This document shows positions 17,118 through 26,667 of a DNA stretch of 64,000 nt, piece after piece; position 1 is the first letter of the stretch, and every line of letters begins with the position of its first letter. This DNA comes from Candidatus Micrarchaeota archaeon (GTDB lineage Archaea > Micrarchaeota > Micrarchaeia > Burarchaeales > Fermentimicrarchaeaceae), in the NCBI GenBank assembly GCA_013425405.1, contig JACCLF010000047.1, positions 3,252 to 67,251 of the forward strand. Direction: 5' to 3'. Below the pieces are notes generated by a model. It saw nothing but the letters and a program-made list of their open reading frames with translations. It was not told the origin of the DNA and searched no databases. The position numbers were made by a program, and so were the translations under genes.

Positions 17118-18860
17118 ATGGAAGCAGATTTTGTAAAAGTATCCAAGAAAAAGTTCAAGGGAAAGTCCAACATGGGCGCATACGAGAAGATTTACCCCAA
17201 TTTCAAGTGGGAGGATGTGCATGATGAGGTAGAATGGTTTGAGGGAGGCAAGCTGAACCAGGCTTACAACACAATGGACAAGCACAGGGACACCTGGAGG
17301 AAGAACAAAGTCGCAATGTACTGGGAGGGTGACGACGGCACTACGAAGAAATTCACTTTTCTGGAGATGTCCAACCTGTCGAACCAGTTTGCCAATGCGC
17401 TCAAGAGCCGTGGCATCAAGAAGGGGGACAGAGTATTCATCTTCCTCTCAAGAGTTCCCGAGAATTACATAAGCTTCCTCGGCATACTGAAAATGGGCGG
17501 AATTGCAGGCACTATGTTTGCAGCATTTGGCCCTGAGGCGGTAAAGGACAGGCTGGTGGACAGCGAAGCTATAGCTCTTGTGACAGATATGAAGCTCAAG
17601 CCGAGGGTTGACCAGGTAAGAAAAGACCTTCCAAATCTAAAATATGTTTTTGTTGTAGGAGGCAAGGATTTGAAGGCTGACCAGGGTGAACTCAGTTTCG
17701 ATGAGGAAATTAAGCGTGCATCACGAGATTTTGAAGCTGAAAAAATGAACCCCGAGGATGTTGCTTTCATGCAATACACCTCCGGCTCGACAGGAAAGCC
17801 CAAGGGAGTGATGCATACTCACGGAGGAATGGCCCAGCAGCACATAACCGCAAAATGGGTGCTGGATTTGAAGGATGAGGATATATACTGGTGCACCTCG
17901 GACCCTGGCTGGATAACTGGGATAATATACACGATTCTCGGCGCCTGGTCAAATGGAACTTCCCAGCTGATATTCGACGGAAGGTTTGACCCAGATAGGT
18001 GGTACTCGCTCATAGAGAAATACCAGGTTAATGTCTGGTACACCGCTCCAACTGCTCTGAGAATGCTGATGTCTTCTGGTGGAGAGGTACCGAAGAAATA
18101 CAACATGAAAAGCCTCAGGCACATATGTAGCGTTGGGGAGCCGCTCAACCCCGAGCCGATAAGGTGGGCGCGCAAGGTTTTCGGGCTTTGGGTGCACGAC
18201 ACCTGGTGGCAGACTGAAACAGGAAGCATGCTCATATGCAACTACCCCAAGATGGACATGAAAGTCGGATACATGGGCAAGCCGTTCCCGGGCATAACTG
18301 CATCAATACGCGATGACAACGGGAATGAGGTTGCACCTGGAGTAGAAGGGGACCTGTGCCTCAAACCTGGCTGGCCTTCCATGTTCACGGGAGTATGGAA
18401 AAATGAGGAGAAGTACAAGTCATACATAAAGAACGGCTGGTATATCACAGGCGACAAGGCTAAGATGGATCCCGACGGCTATTTCATATATGTCGGAAGA
18501 GGGGATGATGTCATAAAGACTGCAGGAGAGAGGGTGGGTCCGTTTGAAATAGAGAGCGTATTAGTGGAGCACCCTGCAGTTGCAGAGGCAGGTGTTATTG
18601 GCAAGCCTGACCCCGAGGGCATAAGAGGGGAGATAATAAAGGCATTCCTGGTTTTGAGGAAGGGCCACAGTGCTTCAAAGGAGCTGGAGGACGATATAAG
18701 GAAGTTCATCAAGACAAGGCTTGCAGGGCATATGTACCCCAAGGAAATCGAATTCAGGGACACCCTGCCAAGGACGCAGAGCGGAAAGATAATGAGGAGA
18801 GTCCTGAAAGCACAAGAGCTCGGACTGCCTACCGGAGACCTCTCGACAATAGAGAAATAA
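17118..18860 (+). CDS. acs: AMP-forming acetyl-/acyl-CoA synthetase
   Basis: YTSGSTGKPKGV AMP-binding motif. GDKAKMDPDGYFIYVGRGDDVIKTAGERVGPFEIE. C-terminal PRTQSGKIMRR. Confidence 0.85.
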   Translation: MEADFVKVSKKKFKGKSNMGAYEKIYPNFKWEDVHDEVEWFEGGKLNQAYNTMDKHRDTWRKNKVAMYWEGDDGTTKKFTFLEMSNLSNQFANALKSRGIKKGDRVFIFLSRVPENYISFLGILKMGGIAGTMFAAFGPEAVKDRLVDSEAIALVTDMKLKPRVDQVRKDLPNLKYVFVVGGKDLKADQGELSFDEEIKRASRDFEAEKMNPEDVAFMQYTSGSTGKPKGVMHTHGGMAQQHITAKWVLDLKDEDIYWCTSDPGWITGIIYTILGAWSNGTSQLIFDGRFDPDRWYSLIEKYQVNVWYTAPTALRMLMSSGGEVPKKYNMKSLRHICSVGEPLNPEPIRWARKVFGLWVHDTWWQTETGSMLICNYPKMDMKVGYMGKPFPGITASIRDDNGNEVAPGVEGDLCLKPGWPSMFTGVWKNEEKYKSYIKNGWYITGDKAKMDPDGYFIYVGRGDDVIKTAGERVGPFEIESVLVEHPAVAEAGVIGKPDPEGIRGEIIKAFLVLRKGHSASKELEDDIRKFIKTRLAGHMYPKEIEFRDTLPRTQSGKIMRRVLKAQELGLPTGDLSTIEK

Positions 18861-19063
18861 GCTCCTTCTTTTTTATCTTCTCTTTTTATTTCTCAGTACA
18901 TCAAAATATTTTAGCTTGACTGTTATAGTCTCGCAGAGCGAAGTTGATATCGATTGTAACCATGGTTACATACCACTAATAAAGCCCTAGTTGCTTCAGG
19001 ATTGCCAAAACAAGCTTTAATCTGCACGCTCTAAGCACGCATCCAAGATAAAGGAGTTTTCCC

Positions 19064-19687
19064 TCAGCCTGCTTTCAAATTACTGAATTCACCCTTCCTC
19101 TTCCCGCGCTCAAGGGAGTTTTTCAAATCCTGATACTCAGCTGCAAGCATTGCATTAATCGTCCTTATCCGGTCTTCCAGAACTTTTTCAGCTTTCCCAC
19201 CGAATGGAGCCCAGTCATATTCCTTAACAACCATGTCCATCATGTTCTTTATATCTTCTGGCTTGTATGCGCCCCTCCTTATTTTCAGTATTGCCTTGTC
19301 AGCTTTTATCAGATTTTTAGTAAGAATCTGTTCGGAAAATTCCTCAAAACTCCTCTTATCAGTTTCCCTCTTGACTGTCCCGCCAGTTTTCTCTATCTCT
19401 TTTCTAAGCGCCTCATTGCTCTCGCCAAGTGCCAGTGTCATTTCACTGAGCGCTCTGCTGAAAACTTTTGTTCTGTTCCAAATTGTCTCGCCTCTCGACT
19501 CAAAATGCCTATACTCCCGCGCAAGTGCAGCACTGGCTGAACCAGCAAAATCAATGAATTCCTTGTGGCTGCCGTAGTCTTTGATGAAGTTATCCATTAT
19601 GCCCCTCAGGTTCTTTTCCTCGGATTCCTTTATTCTCTTGACAAATTCATCAACTTTCCCGCTGTGCATATCATGGGCTACGGTCAT
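19064..19687 (-). CDS. Hypothetical alpha-helical protein
   Basis: 207-aa ORF with normal codon usage. No motif recognised. Confidence 0.5.
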   Translation of the reverse strand: MTVAHDMHSGKVDEFVKRIKESEEKNLRGIMDNFIKDYGSHKEFIDFAGSASAALAREYRHFESRGETIWNRTKVFSRALSEMTLALGESNEALRKEIEKTGGTVKRETDKRSFEEFSEQILTKNLIKADKAILKIRRGAYKPEDIKNMMDMVVKEYDWAPFGGKAEKVLEDRIRTINAMLAAEYQDLKNSLERGKRKGEFSNLKAG

Positions 19688-19730
19688 AAGTTACCTCTAA
19701 CAAATTTGCTCATTTCCGCCTTTTAAACAT

Positions 19731-19937
19731 TTACCTAGCCAGCCTTATATCTTCCTCCGTAACCGTCTTCCTCCCAGCGTGTTTAGCAAGCTTGACCGCC
19801 TTTGCCGCAACCTCCAGGGCATGTTCCTCAAGCATCAGGGCAAGCTCCTTAGAGGCGTCTTTGCTCACCCTTTCGGCTCCTGCCTTCCTTATGAGCTTCT
19901 CAACCCTTGCAAGCGGCAATACGGCAATAAGTTTCAT
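19731..19937 (-). CDS. Archaeal histone (HMf family)
   Basis: LPLARVEKLIRKAGAERVSKDASKELALMLEEHALEVAAKAVKLAKHAGRKTVTEEDIRLA. Confidence 0.9.
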   Translation of the reverse strand: MKLIAVLPLARVEKLIRKAGAERVSKDASKELALMLEEHALEVAAKAVKLAKHAGRKTVTEEDIRLAR

Positions 19938-19953
19938 TAACTCATATGCAATT

Positions 19954-21321
19954 CTATTTATTTATGAATTTTGAGTAGTCCACAAGCTTCCTCAATGACT
20001 TTATTGCGTATGTCGAAGATGTATAAGTAGGAACCCCGCAGTTCTCCAGTATCCTGCTGTGCACCTCCGCGTATTCCCCTCCCGGGCAGGCTACGAGTAT
20101 TGGCTTTTTCTTCAGGTTTGATGCTTCAACCAGTATGCTCAAAACCCTGGAATCAATGCTCTCTGTCTGGAAAAGGACTCCTACGAGAATTGCATCCACA
20201 TTCGGGTCGTCAAGCATGGCGTGCACCGCAACTTCAAACCTGTCAGCACCCGCATCCCCACTAAGATCCAGCGGGTTCTTGACATTAACATAGGGAGGCA
20301 CCTTCTCGCTTATGCATTTCCTGCTCCCATCGCTCAACTCAGCAAGCTTCAAACCATTCTCCTCAACGCTGTCCGTCGCGACGACTGCCAAACCGCCTCC
20401 ATTGGTTATTATCCCAACCCTATCACCGCTGCAGAACGGCTGGGACTCAAAAAGTTTTGAGAAACTGAATATCTCATCAATATTCATCGCCTCAACTGCC
20501 TTGCACTGCTTGAATACTGCCTGGTAAACTGCAGCATTCCCAGCCAACGTGCCTGTGTGGGATTTCGTCGCAGCAGCACCTCCACTTGTCTTTCCCCCTT
20601 TCAGCACAACAACAGGCTTTCTTCTTGTGACTTCCTTCAATGCTTCAAAGAACTCCCGCCCCCTTTTCACCCCTTCTATGTAAAGCACAATTATCTTGGT
20701 TCTTCCATCATCCGCCATATACCTGAGCAAATCCGTCTCATCAAGTAAAGCAGCATTGCCGTAGGAAACAAATTTGGACATTCCAAAGCCCTGCCTTGCC
20801 ATCAAATCAAGCACGGCGCCTCCAATAGCACCGCTCTGGCTTATGAAGCTCACCGCCCCGAGCTTCGGCCTCCCCATTTTGTACGTTGGTATGAAAACAC
20901 TGTCAACTCTCGTCAATAGGTTTATCACTCCCATGCAGTTTGGCCCAAGGCATGTGATATTGTATTTGAGGCATATTTCCTTGAGCTGGTTCTCAAGCTC
21001 AACATTTCCTACCTCTGAGAAGCCACCGCTTATGACTATAGCTCCCTTAACCCCTTTCTCACCGCACTCTTTCAGCGCCTCTGGGACGAGTTTCGCAGGT
21101 ATGGATATGACCGCAAGATCAACGTCATCTTTGATGTTTTTGACACTCGCGTAGCATTTCAAATCAAGTATTTCCGTGCATTTGGGGTTTATGGGGTATA
21201 TCTGACCTCTAAAACCTCCCTCAATGAAGTTCTTCAGCAGCACATGCCCAATCTTTTCAGGGTCTCTGGAAGCTCCTATTATTGCAACACTGTTTGGGTT
21301 GAAGAGCGCATCTAGATTCAA
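19954..21321 (-). CDS. acdA: ADP-forming acetyl-CoA synthetase, alpha subunit
   Basis: NPNSVAIIGASRDPEKIGH CoA-binding N-terminus followed by succinyl-CoA-ligase-like domains. Confidence 0.85.
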   Translation of the reverse strand: MNLDALFNPNSVAIIGASRDPEKIGHVLLKNFIEGGFRGQIYPINPKCTEILDLKCYASVKNIKDDVDLAVISIPAKLVPEALKECGEKGVKGAIVISGGFSEVGNVELENQLKEICLKYNITCLGPNCMGVINLLTRVDSVFIPTYKMGRPKLGAVSFISQSGAIGGAVLDLMARQGFGMSKFVSYGNAALLDETDLLRYMADDGRTKIIVLYIEGVKRGREFFEALKEVTRRKPVVVLKGGKTSGGAAATKSHTGTLAGNAAVYQAVFKQCKAVEAMNIDEIFSFSKLFESQPFCSGDRVGIITNGGGLAVVATDSVEENGLKLAELSDGSRKCISEKVPPYVNVKNPLDLSGDAGADRFEVAVHAMLDDPNVDAILVGVLFQTESIDSRVLSILVEASNLKKKPILVACPGGEYAEVHSRILENCGVPTYTSSTYAIKSLRKLVDYSKFINK

Positions 21322-21935
21322 GGCAACACCCTCACATCAACTGCGCAATATCCCTTCTCATAGGCTATGACCGGGTTTATGTCCATCTCGTTTATCTGCT
21401 CATTCTCATAGAGCAGCTTTGAGACTTTCTGGAGAACATCAGCAATTGCTTCAATGTCCACGGGCTTTCTTCCCCTCACCCCTTTGAACAGCGGGTACGC
21501 CTTAAGCTCAGTTATCATCTCCATTGCATCCTCTCTGTCTATGGGGCAAACCCTCAATGAAAAATCCTTGAAGACTTCCACAAATATCCCTCCAAGTCCG
21601 AAGAGTATGACAGGTCCGAACTGCTCATCCCTCCTCCCACCAACTATTAGTTCAGAACCTGGCTTTGCCATGCTCTGGACAAGCACCCCGTCAACCCTTG
21701 CTTTCCCGGCATTTGAAAGAATTTCTGAATAAGCCTTCCTGAGCGAATCTTCATCCTTGACATTCAGCTTAACGCATCCCTGGTCTGACTTATGGATTAT
21801 CTCATCCGATACGACCTTTAAAACAACAGGATATTTTGCAACTTTCAGGGCATCATCAACACTTCTGACAATACCGCCTTCAACAAAACTTATATCGTAT
21901 TTTTTAATTAGGGAGATGGCATCCGCGTATTTCAT
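21318..21935 (-). CDS. acdB: ADP-forming acetyl-CoA synthetase, beta (ATP-grasp) subunit
   Basis: YPVVLKVVSDEIIHKSDQGCVKLNV and GPVILFGLGGIFVEV. Overlaps acdA. Confidence 0.8.
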   Translation of the reverse strand: MKYADAISLIKKYDISFVEGGIVRSVDDALKVAKYPVVLKVVSDEIIHKSDQGCVKLNVKDEDSLRKAYSEILSNAGKARVDGVLVQSMAKPGSELIVGGRRDEQFGPVILFGLGGIFVEVFKDFSLRVCPIDREDAMEMITELKAYPLFKGVRGRKPVDIEAIADVLQKVSKLLYENEQINEMDINPVIAYEKGYCAVDVRVLP

Positions 21936-21944
21936 TTCAACTAC

Positions 21945-22661
21945 CTACTTCCTTAAAACAAGATATATTGCAGCCAATATGCATACCACAACTACCAAAG
22001 CCCCCAGGATATAAACTGCTAGCTGCATCGGGTTCTTCCTGAAATTCTCCATGTAATACTCCATCTTAGCTTTCCTCTTTGTAGCACTATCGAGCGTTAC
22101 GGGCCCTGCAGGCGGCATCTCCGGTGCAGCGGGTTCTGGCGGAGCAACCGCCTCAGCAGGAGCCTCCCCAGTGACAACTATGTGCTGCTCAGGTGTCTTC
22201 TCCATTTTTGGGGTTGCACCCACTTTCTTAAACCCATCCTCAGTTATGCTCAGGCTTATCTTGATATTCCTTATTGAATAGCTCACCAAATCCTGCTTCA
22301 CAAGCTTGTGTATGCGCAACGCAAGGTCGCCGCTCCTTATGTTGAGCCCATTCTTAATCTCGTCAGGGTCTTTGTACCCCTCAACTATCTTCCTGAGTAT
22401 TGCCAAATCCAGCTCATCAACTGCCTCCTTTGCCTTCTCATCCGCAACTTCAAGCATTCTGGCTCCAACCTGCGTGACCTCCACCTCGCTGTTTCCAAAG
22501 TGGCTTGTCTTAAAGTCTATGTAGCCCTTCTGCTTCACGGTGGCAAGGATGTTTGCAGATTCAAAAAACTGGGAGTTTATCTTAGGGCCGAACTTCTCCA
22601 TTACTGTACCTGGCTCTATCCTCTGCAGTATAACCAAGTCCGTAAACGTGAGCTCTTCCAC
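21945..22661 (-). CDS. Hypothetical protein with Pro/Ala-rich linker and C-terminal TM anchor
   Basis: 238 aa. PAEAVAPPEPAAPEMPPAGP linker, then LAVYILGALVVVVCILAAIYLVL. Confidence 0.5.
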   Translation of the reverse strand: MEELTFTDLVILQRIEPGTVMEKFGPKINSQFFESANILATVKQKGYIDFKTSHFGNSEVEVTQVGARMLEVADEKAKEAVDELDLAILRKIVEGYKDPDEIKNGLNIRSGDLALRIHKLVKQDLVSYSIRNIKISLSITEDGFKKVGATPKMEKTPEQHIVVTGEAPAEAVAPPEPAAPEMPPAGPVTLDSATKRKAKMEYYMENFRKNPMQLAVYILGALVVVVCILAAIYLVLRK

Positions 22662-22997
22662 GATAAGCTTTTTCTATTTAACTTTTAAATAGTTATTGGT
22701 CAACTACCACCTACTGAAATCAGTGGCTTGCTCAACTGACTTTCGTCGGGAGCAATAGGCTAGTCGAACTGCAGCCCATTAGCAGAGGTATAACTATAGA
22801 GGTTGTTTCCTCGAGAACTGTCTGGACGGTCCTCATCATGAGCATATCATGCAGAAAAAGATATTTAACAAGTATGAGCGGGAAATCCCACACTCTTCAG
22901 AGGTGGGATGAGAGCGAATGTATAACCTCGGAATTTTCCAGCGGATGCAGCTTCTCTCTATACCGGGTTTTCACTGGAAAGCTACCCCTCAGAGAAG

Positions 22998-23005
22998 TTT
23001 ATAAA
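22998..23005 (+). promoter_or_regulatory. TATA box of tnpB copy 2
   Basis: TTTATAAA ~27 nt upstream of ATG 23032, the same context as copy 1. Confidence 0.5.
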
Positions 23006-23031
23006 GGGAAAAACAGAAGTAAATAACGTCT

Positions 23032-24180
23032 ATGAGAGCTTACAAATTTAGGATATACCCCTCAAAGAAGCAGGAGGAGCAGATGAGACAGCACCTCTGG
23101 CTAGCAAAGAACCTCTGGAATGAGATGCTTGAGCACAGCAAGCAGACTTACAAGGATTTTGGCTACTTCCCAACAAAGAATACCCTGCAGCTCATTGTGA
23201 AGGATTATGGCCTCTATTCTCAAACACAGCAGGAGGTAGCACACAGGGTTTTCAATTCACTAATGAGGGTTTTCAAGCTGAGAAAGAAAGGAGTGGAATG
23301 TGGTTTCCCGCGCTTCAAATCAATTGACAGAATGAAGAGCTTGCATTACCCGCAGTATGAGACTGGTTTCTGGCTTGACAAGAAACTTAGAGTCACTCCT
23401 TTTGGGGAAATTGCAGTAAAGAAGCACAGGGAGATAACTGGAAAGATAAAGACGCTGACTCTGAAAAGAGAATCTTCTGGGAGGTGGTTTGCCCTATTTG
23501 CTGTTGAAACTCCGAAAGAAATCCCAAAAGAAAACAAGGGACGGGCAGTAGGGATTGACTTGGGGCTGAAAACATTTGCAACCCTCTCAAATGGCGAAAT
23601 GATAAAAAACCCAAGACACCTCATGAAGCATGAGGATAGGCTTGCCTTCATTCAGAGGAAGTTCTCAAAGAAAAAGAAAAGAAGCAAAAGCAGGAAGAGA
23701 GCAAAGGTAAGGATTGCAAGGCTTCATGAGAAAGTAGCAGACACAAGGAGAGACTTCCTGCATAAATCATCAACACATCTGGTGAATGATTATTCCTTCA
23801 TTGCATTGGAGAAACTTGCATCAAAAGAAATGTCAGAAGAGAATTATGGCAAGCAAATAAATGATGCAGGATGGAATATGTTTGCAAACATGCTTGCATA
23901 CAAGGCGGAAGGAGCTGGATGCAGAGTTGTGTTTGTAGATCCAAGGAATACAACTCAAGAGTGCAGCAACTGCCACCAGATTGTCAGGAAAGACCTTACA
24001 GAGAGGATGCATAAATGTCCTTTCTGCGGGTTGGAGTTGGATAGAGATATAAATGCTGCACGTAACATACTTACCAAAGCTACCGTCGGGCAGACGGGAA
24101 GTAACGCCTGCAATTCCTTGCAAAAGGAAAGAGATGTTGCATTGGCAACGTCTGTGAAGCAGGAAGCCCACATCCTTTAA
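23032..24180 (+). CDS. tnpB: TnpB RNA-guided endonuclease (IS200/IS605 OrfB)
   Basis: MRAYKFRIYPSKKQEEQMRQHLWLAKNLWN. AVGIDLGL, IALEKL, CSNCH...CPFCG and DRDINAARNI. Paralog of 14087..15280. Confidence 0.9.
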   Translation: MRAYKFRIYPSKKQEEQMRQHLWLAKNLWNEMLEHSKQTYKDFGYFPTKNTLQLIVKDYGLYSQTQQEVAHRVFNSLMRVFKLRKKGVECGFPRFKSIDRMKSLHYPQYETGFWLDKKLRVTPFGEIAVKKHREITGKIKTLTLKRESSGRWFALFAVETPKEIPKENKGRAVGIDLGLKTFATLSNGEMIKNPRHLMKHEDRLAFIQRKFSKKKKRSKSRKRAKVRIARLHEKVADTRRDFLHKSSTHLVNDYSFIALEKLASKEMSEENYGKQINDAGWNMFANMLAYKAEGAGCRVVFVDPRNTTQECSNCHQIVRKDLTERMHKCPFCGLELDRDINAARNILTKATVGQTGSNACNSLQKERDVALATSVKQEAHIL

Positions 24181-24197
24181 GGGTGGGAGCATGTCAC
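24097..24197 (+). ncRNA. Candidate omega-RNA scaffold core of TnpB copy 2
   Basis: Same invariant blocks and hairpins as 15148..15253. The terminal hairpin is CCCAC-A-TCC-TTTAA-GG-GTGGG. Confidence 0.55.
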
Positions 24198-24268
24198 ATA
24201 TTGTGCGGTATATCTAAATATAGACGAAGGAACTAATGAATCATACAATTTAACAGAGGTAAAAAGTG

Positions 24269-25510
24269 ATGAAGTTTAGTTTTCTTGGGGGCGCCGGCGA
24301 GGTTGGCAGGTCTGCCTACCTAATTGAGGACGAAAAAAGGCTGCTTTTCGACCATGGTATAAAGCTTCAGCAGAGGACAGAATACCCGCTGCCCTTCCAG
24401 GGTTTTATTGACTATTCAATACTCTCGCATGCGCATCTTGACCACTCCGGTTTTATACCTGCAATATACGAATACTGCTCGCCCCCGTGCATAGCAACCT
24501 ACCCAACGCAGGCGCTGAGCACACTGCTGGTGAAGGATTCCATGAAAGTCCAGAGGCTGAAGAAGCAGAAGGTGAATTTTTCAGGCAACAGCTTCAGGAA
24601 GATGCTGAGCAACTTCATACCCCTTCCTTATGGGCAGAGCTTCTCCCTTTCAGATGACATTTCGCTGACATTCACAGATGCGGGGCACATCTCAGGAGCC
24701 GCAATAAGCACACTGCAGATTGGAGACAAGAAAGTTGTCTACACTGGCGACTTCAAGCTGGGGGATACATGGATGCACAAAGGAGCTGAATGCATAGATG
24801 GATGCAACATTCTGCTCATAGAGAGCACCTACTCCCAGAGGGAGCATCCTGACAGGAAGAAGCTTGAGGAAGAGCTTTACTCAGAGGTTAACTCCGTGTT
24901 GGAGAGGGGAGGAAATGCCCTTCTACCATGTTTTGCAGTGGGAAGGAGCCAGGAGATAATCCAGATGTTGCGGTATTTTGATGGGAGCATGAAGATATTC
25001 CTTGACGGCATGGCAAAGAGTGCCTCTGAGATAATGCTGGATTACCCGAGCTACCTAAGGGATGCAAAATACCTTTCGACCTGCCTCAGCACAGCCGAGT
25101 GGGTGAACAGCCCTGGCCAAAGGAGGAAAGCCCTCTCAAAGCCGAGCGTCATAGTCTCGCCTGCAGGGATGCTTGAGGGAGGGCCGTCACTGAGCTATGC
25201 CCTTCGCTTGAATGAGGAGTCCGAAATAATACTGACAGGCTTCCAGGTGCCCGGCACAAATGGCAGCATGCTACTCGAACAGCACAAGATGAGGGTTAAC
25301 GGAATAGTGCAGGACATAAAAGTCCCTGTGAATTACTTCGACCTTAGTGCCCATGCCTCACGCTCAGATTTATTCAGGTTTGTTGATAAAGCATCTCCGG
25401 AGAAGGTATTTTGCGTGCACGGCGATACCTGCAGGGAATTTGCCGAGGAACTCCGCGCAAAAGGTTACGATGCGGTTGCTCCTGCCAATGGAGAGTCGTT
25501 CGTGGTTTAG
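24269..25510 (+). CDS. Metallo-beta-lactamase / beta-CASP ribonuclease (aCPSF2-like)
   Basis: HAHLDHSG motif, ~413 aa, no KH domains, C-terminal VHGD. Confidence 0.75.
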   Translation: MKFSFLGGAGEVGRSAYLIEDEKRLLFDHGIKLQQRTEYPLPFQGFIDYSILSHAHLDHSGFIPAIYEYCSPPCIATYPTQALSTLLVKDSMKVQRLKKQKVNFSGNSFRKMLSNFIPLPYGQSFSLSDDISLTFTDAGHISGAAISTLQIGDKKVVYTGDFKLGDTWMHKGAECIDGCNILLIESTYSQREHPDRKKLEEELYSEVNSVLERGGNALLPCFAVGRSQEIIQMLRYFDGSMKIFLDGMAKSASEIMLDYPSYLRDAKYLSTCLSTAEWVNSPGQRRKALSKPSVIVSPAGMLEGGPSLSYALRLNEESEIILTGFQVPGTNGSMLLEQHKMRVNGIVQDIKVPVNYFDLSAHASRSDLFRFVDKASPEKVFCVHGDTCREFAEELRAKGYDAVAPANGESFVV

Positions 25511-25518
25511 GTGGTCTG

Positions 25519-26667
25519 ATGGAAATATGCATGCTTGACCCGCTCTTCTACCCGTACTTTGGGGGTACCGAAAAGGTAGTTTATGAGTTCGGCAAGCGTC
25601 TTGCCAGGAAGCATGGCATAAGCATACTCACCTCCCGCATACCCGGCACATCTCCCTACGAGGAAATTGAGGGAATGAAAGTTTACAGAACGCCTTGCAT
25701 ATACCTTAAGAACCTGCCTTCATTCATGCCTCCCCCCTACACCATTTCGCCGTTCCTCATGAGAGACCTTTTGAAGAGGTCTGAAGCCGATATATTCCAC
25801 ATCCACTGCAGGTATTTCTACTACTTGGAAACTCTAATCCCCATAAAATATATCATGAAGAAGAAACTGATGCTCACGCTCCACAATGCCAAGCCTGAAG
25901 GCATATCATTCATGACTGACAAATCCGCTGCGCTTTACGACATGGTTTGGGGTTACAGGATAATGGAAAACTGCAGCAGAATAGCTGCGGTGAGCAGATA
26001 CACCAAGGAGGTGACAGTCCCCGGCTACCTGCAGAACAACGCGGAAGTGGTATACAACGGAGTTGATGAGAAACGCTTCAAACCAAGGAAGGACAACTCA
26101 GTGAGGGAAAAATTCGGCATTGGAGAAGGACCGCTCCTGCTGACCAATGGAAGGCTGGTGACGCAGAAAGGCATGTACTACCTCATTGAGGCATTCTACA
26201 TGCTCAAGAAATACTTCAAGGATGCAAAGCTGATAATAATAGGGAAAGGGCCTCTGAAAGATGAGCTGGCCAGCCAGTGCTTCAGGCTTGGTGTGCAGGA
26301 TTCTGTAAGCTTTGCGACCGGCATACCTGAAGAGGAGCTTCCGCTCTATTACAATGCCGCTACCCTCTTCGTCCTGCCGACACTTTGGGAGCCTTCTGCA
26401 GTTGTGCTGTATGAGGCTCTTGCTTCAGGCAAGGCAATAGTCACCACAAGGGTTGGAGGGAACCCAGAGATAGTGAGCGGCAATTGCGGAGTGCTGGTTC
26501 CACCGCGCAATCCGAAAGAGCTCTGCGACAAGATTAAGCTTCTGCTTGAGGATGACGGGCTCAGGAAGAGAATGGAGAAAAATTCCAGGGAGCGGGCTGT
26601 TGATAATTTCACATGGGATATTGCCGCTAAGAGGTACGAGGGTATATACAAGAGAGTCCTCTCTTAA
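25519..26667 (+). CDS. Glycosyltransferase family 4
   Basis: EPSAVVLYEALASGKAIVTTRVGGNPEIV (EX7E region). Start at MEICMLDPLFYPYFGG, because the longer track ORF overlaps the previous gene. Confidence 0.8.
   Translation: MEICMLDPLFYPYFGGTEKVVYEFGKRLARKHGISILTSRIPGTSPYEEIEGMKVYRTPCIYLKNLPSFMPPPYTISPFLMRDLLKRSEADIFHIHCRYFYYLETLIPIKYIMKKKLMLTLHNAKPEGISFMTDKSAALYDMVWGYRIMENCSRIAAVSRYTKEVTVPGYLQNNAEVVYNGVDEKRFKPRKDNSVREKFGIGEGPLLLTNGRLVTQKGMYYLIEAFYMLKKYFKDAKLIIIGKGPLKDELASQCFRLGVQDSVSFATGIPEEELPLYYNAATLFVLPTLWEPSAVVLYEALASGKAIVTTRVGGNPEIVSGNCGVLVPPRNPKELCDKIKLLLEDDGLRKRMEKNSRERAVDNFTWDIAAKRYEGIYKRVLS

Larger units (their letters stand above)
22865..24197 (+). mobile_element. IS200/IS605-family element, TnpB-only, copy 2
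   Basis: Left end is TTAACAAGTATGAGCGGGAAATCCCACACTCTTCAGAGGTGGGA (hairpin). Right end is GAAGCCCACATCCTTTAAGGGTGGGAGCATGTCAC, finishing at 24197. No tnpA. Confidence 0.8.

Noticed and set aside
18955-18970. Perfect 16-bp palindrome TGTAACCATGGTTACA in the acs/hypothetical convergent spacer.
   Set aside because: About one perfect 16-bp palindrome is expected by chance in 64 kb (64000/4^8). There are no flanking repeats or a partner regulator. It may be a terminator or a binding site, but this is unsupported.
22673-22864. Unassigned ~190-nt spacer upstream of IS copy 2. I checked it for a tRNA or structured RNA (weak hairpin CCAC..TACTGA-AA-TCAGTGG, 11-nt palindrome CTCATCATGAG, TTAGCAGAGG resembling the solo-element start).
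   Set aside because: No cloverleaf, no extended helices and no recognisable RNA family. It is probably a degraded IS-end remnant or plain spacer.
22838-23026. 62-aa plus-strand ORF inside the left end of IS copy 2.
   Set aside because: It covers the hairpin and promoter region shared with copy 1, where the frame is not conserved.
25411-25518. N-terminal 36-codon extension of the GT4 ORF in the track.
   Set aside because: It overlaps the 3' end of the beta-CASP gene and is Arg/Cys-rich. The ATG at 25519 gives a typical GT4 N-terminus.
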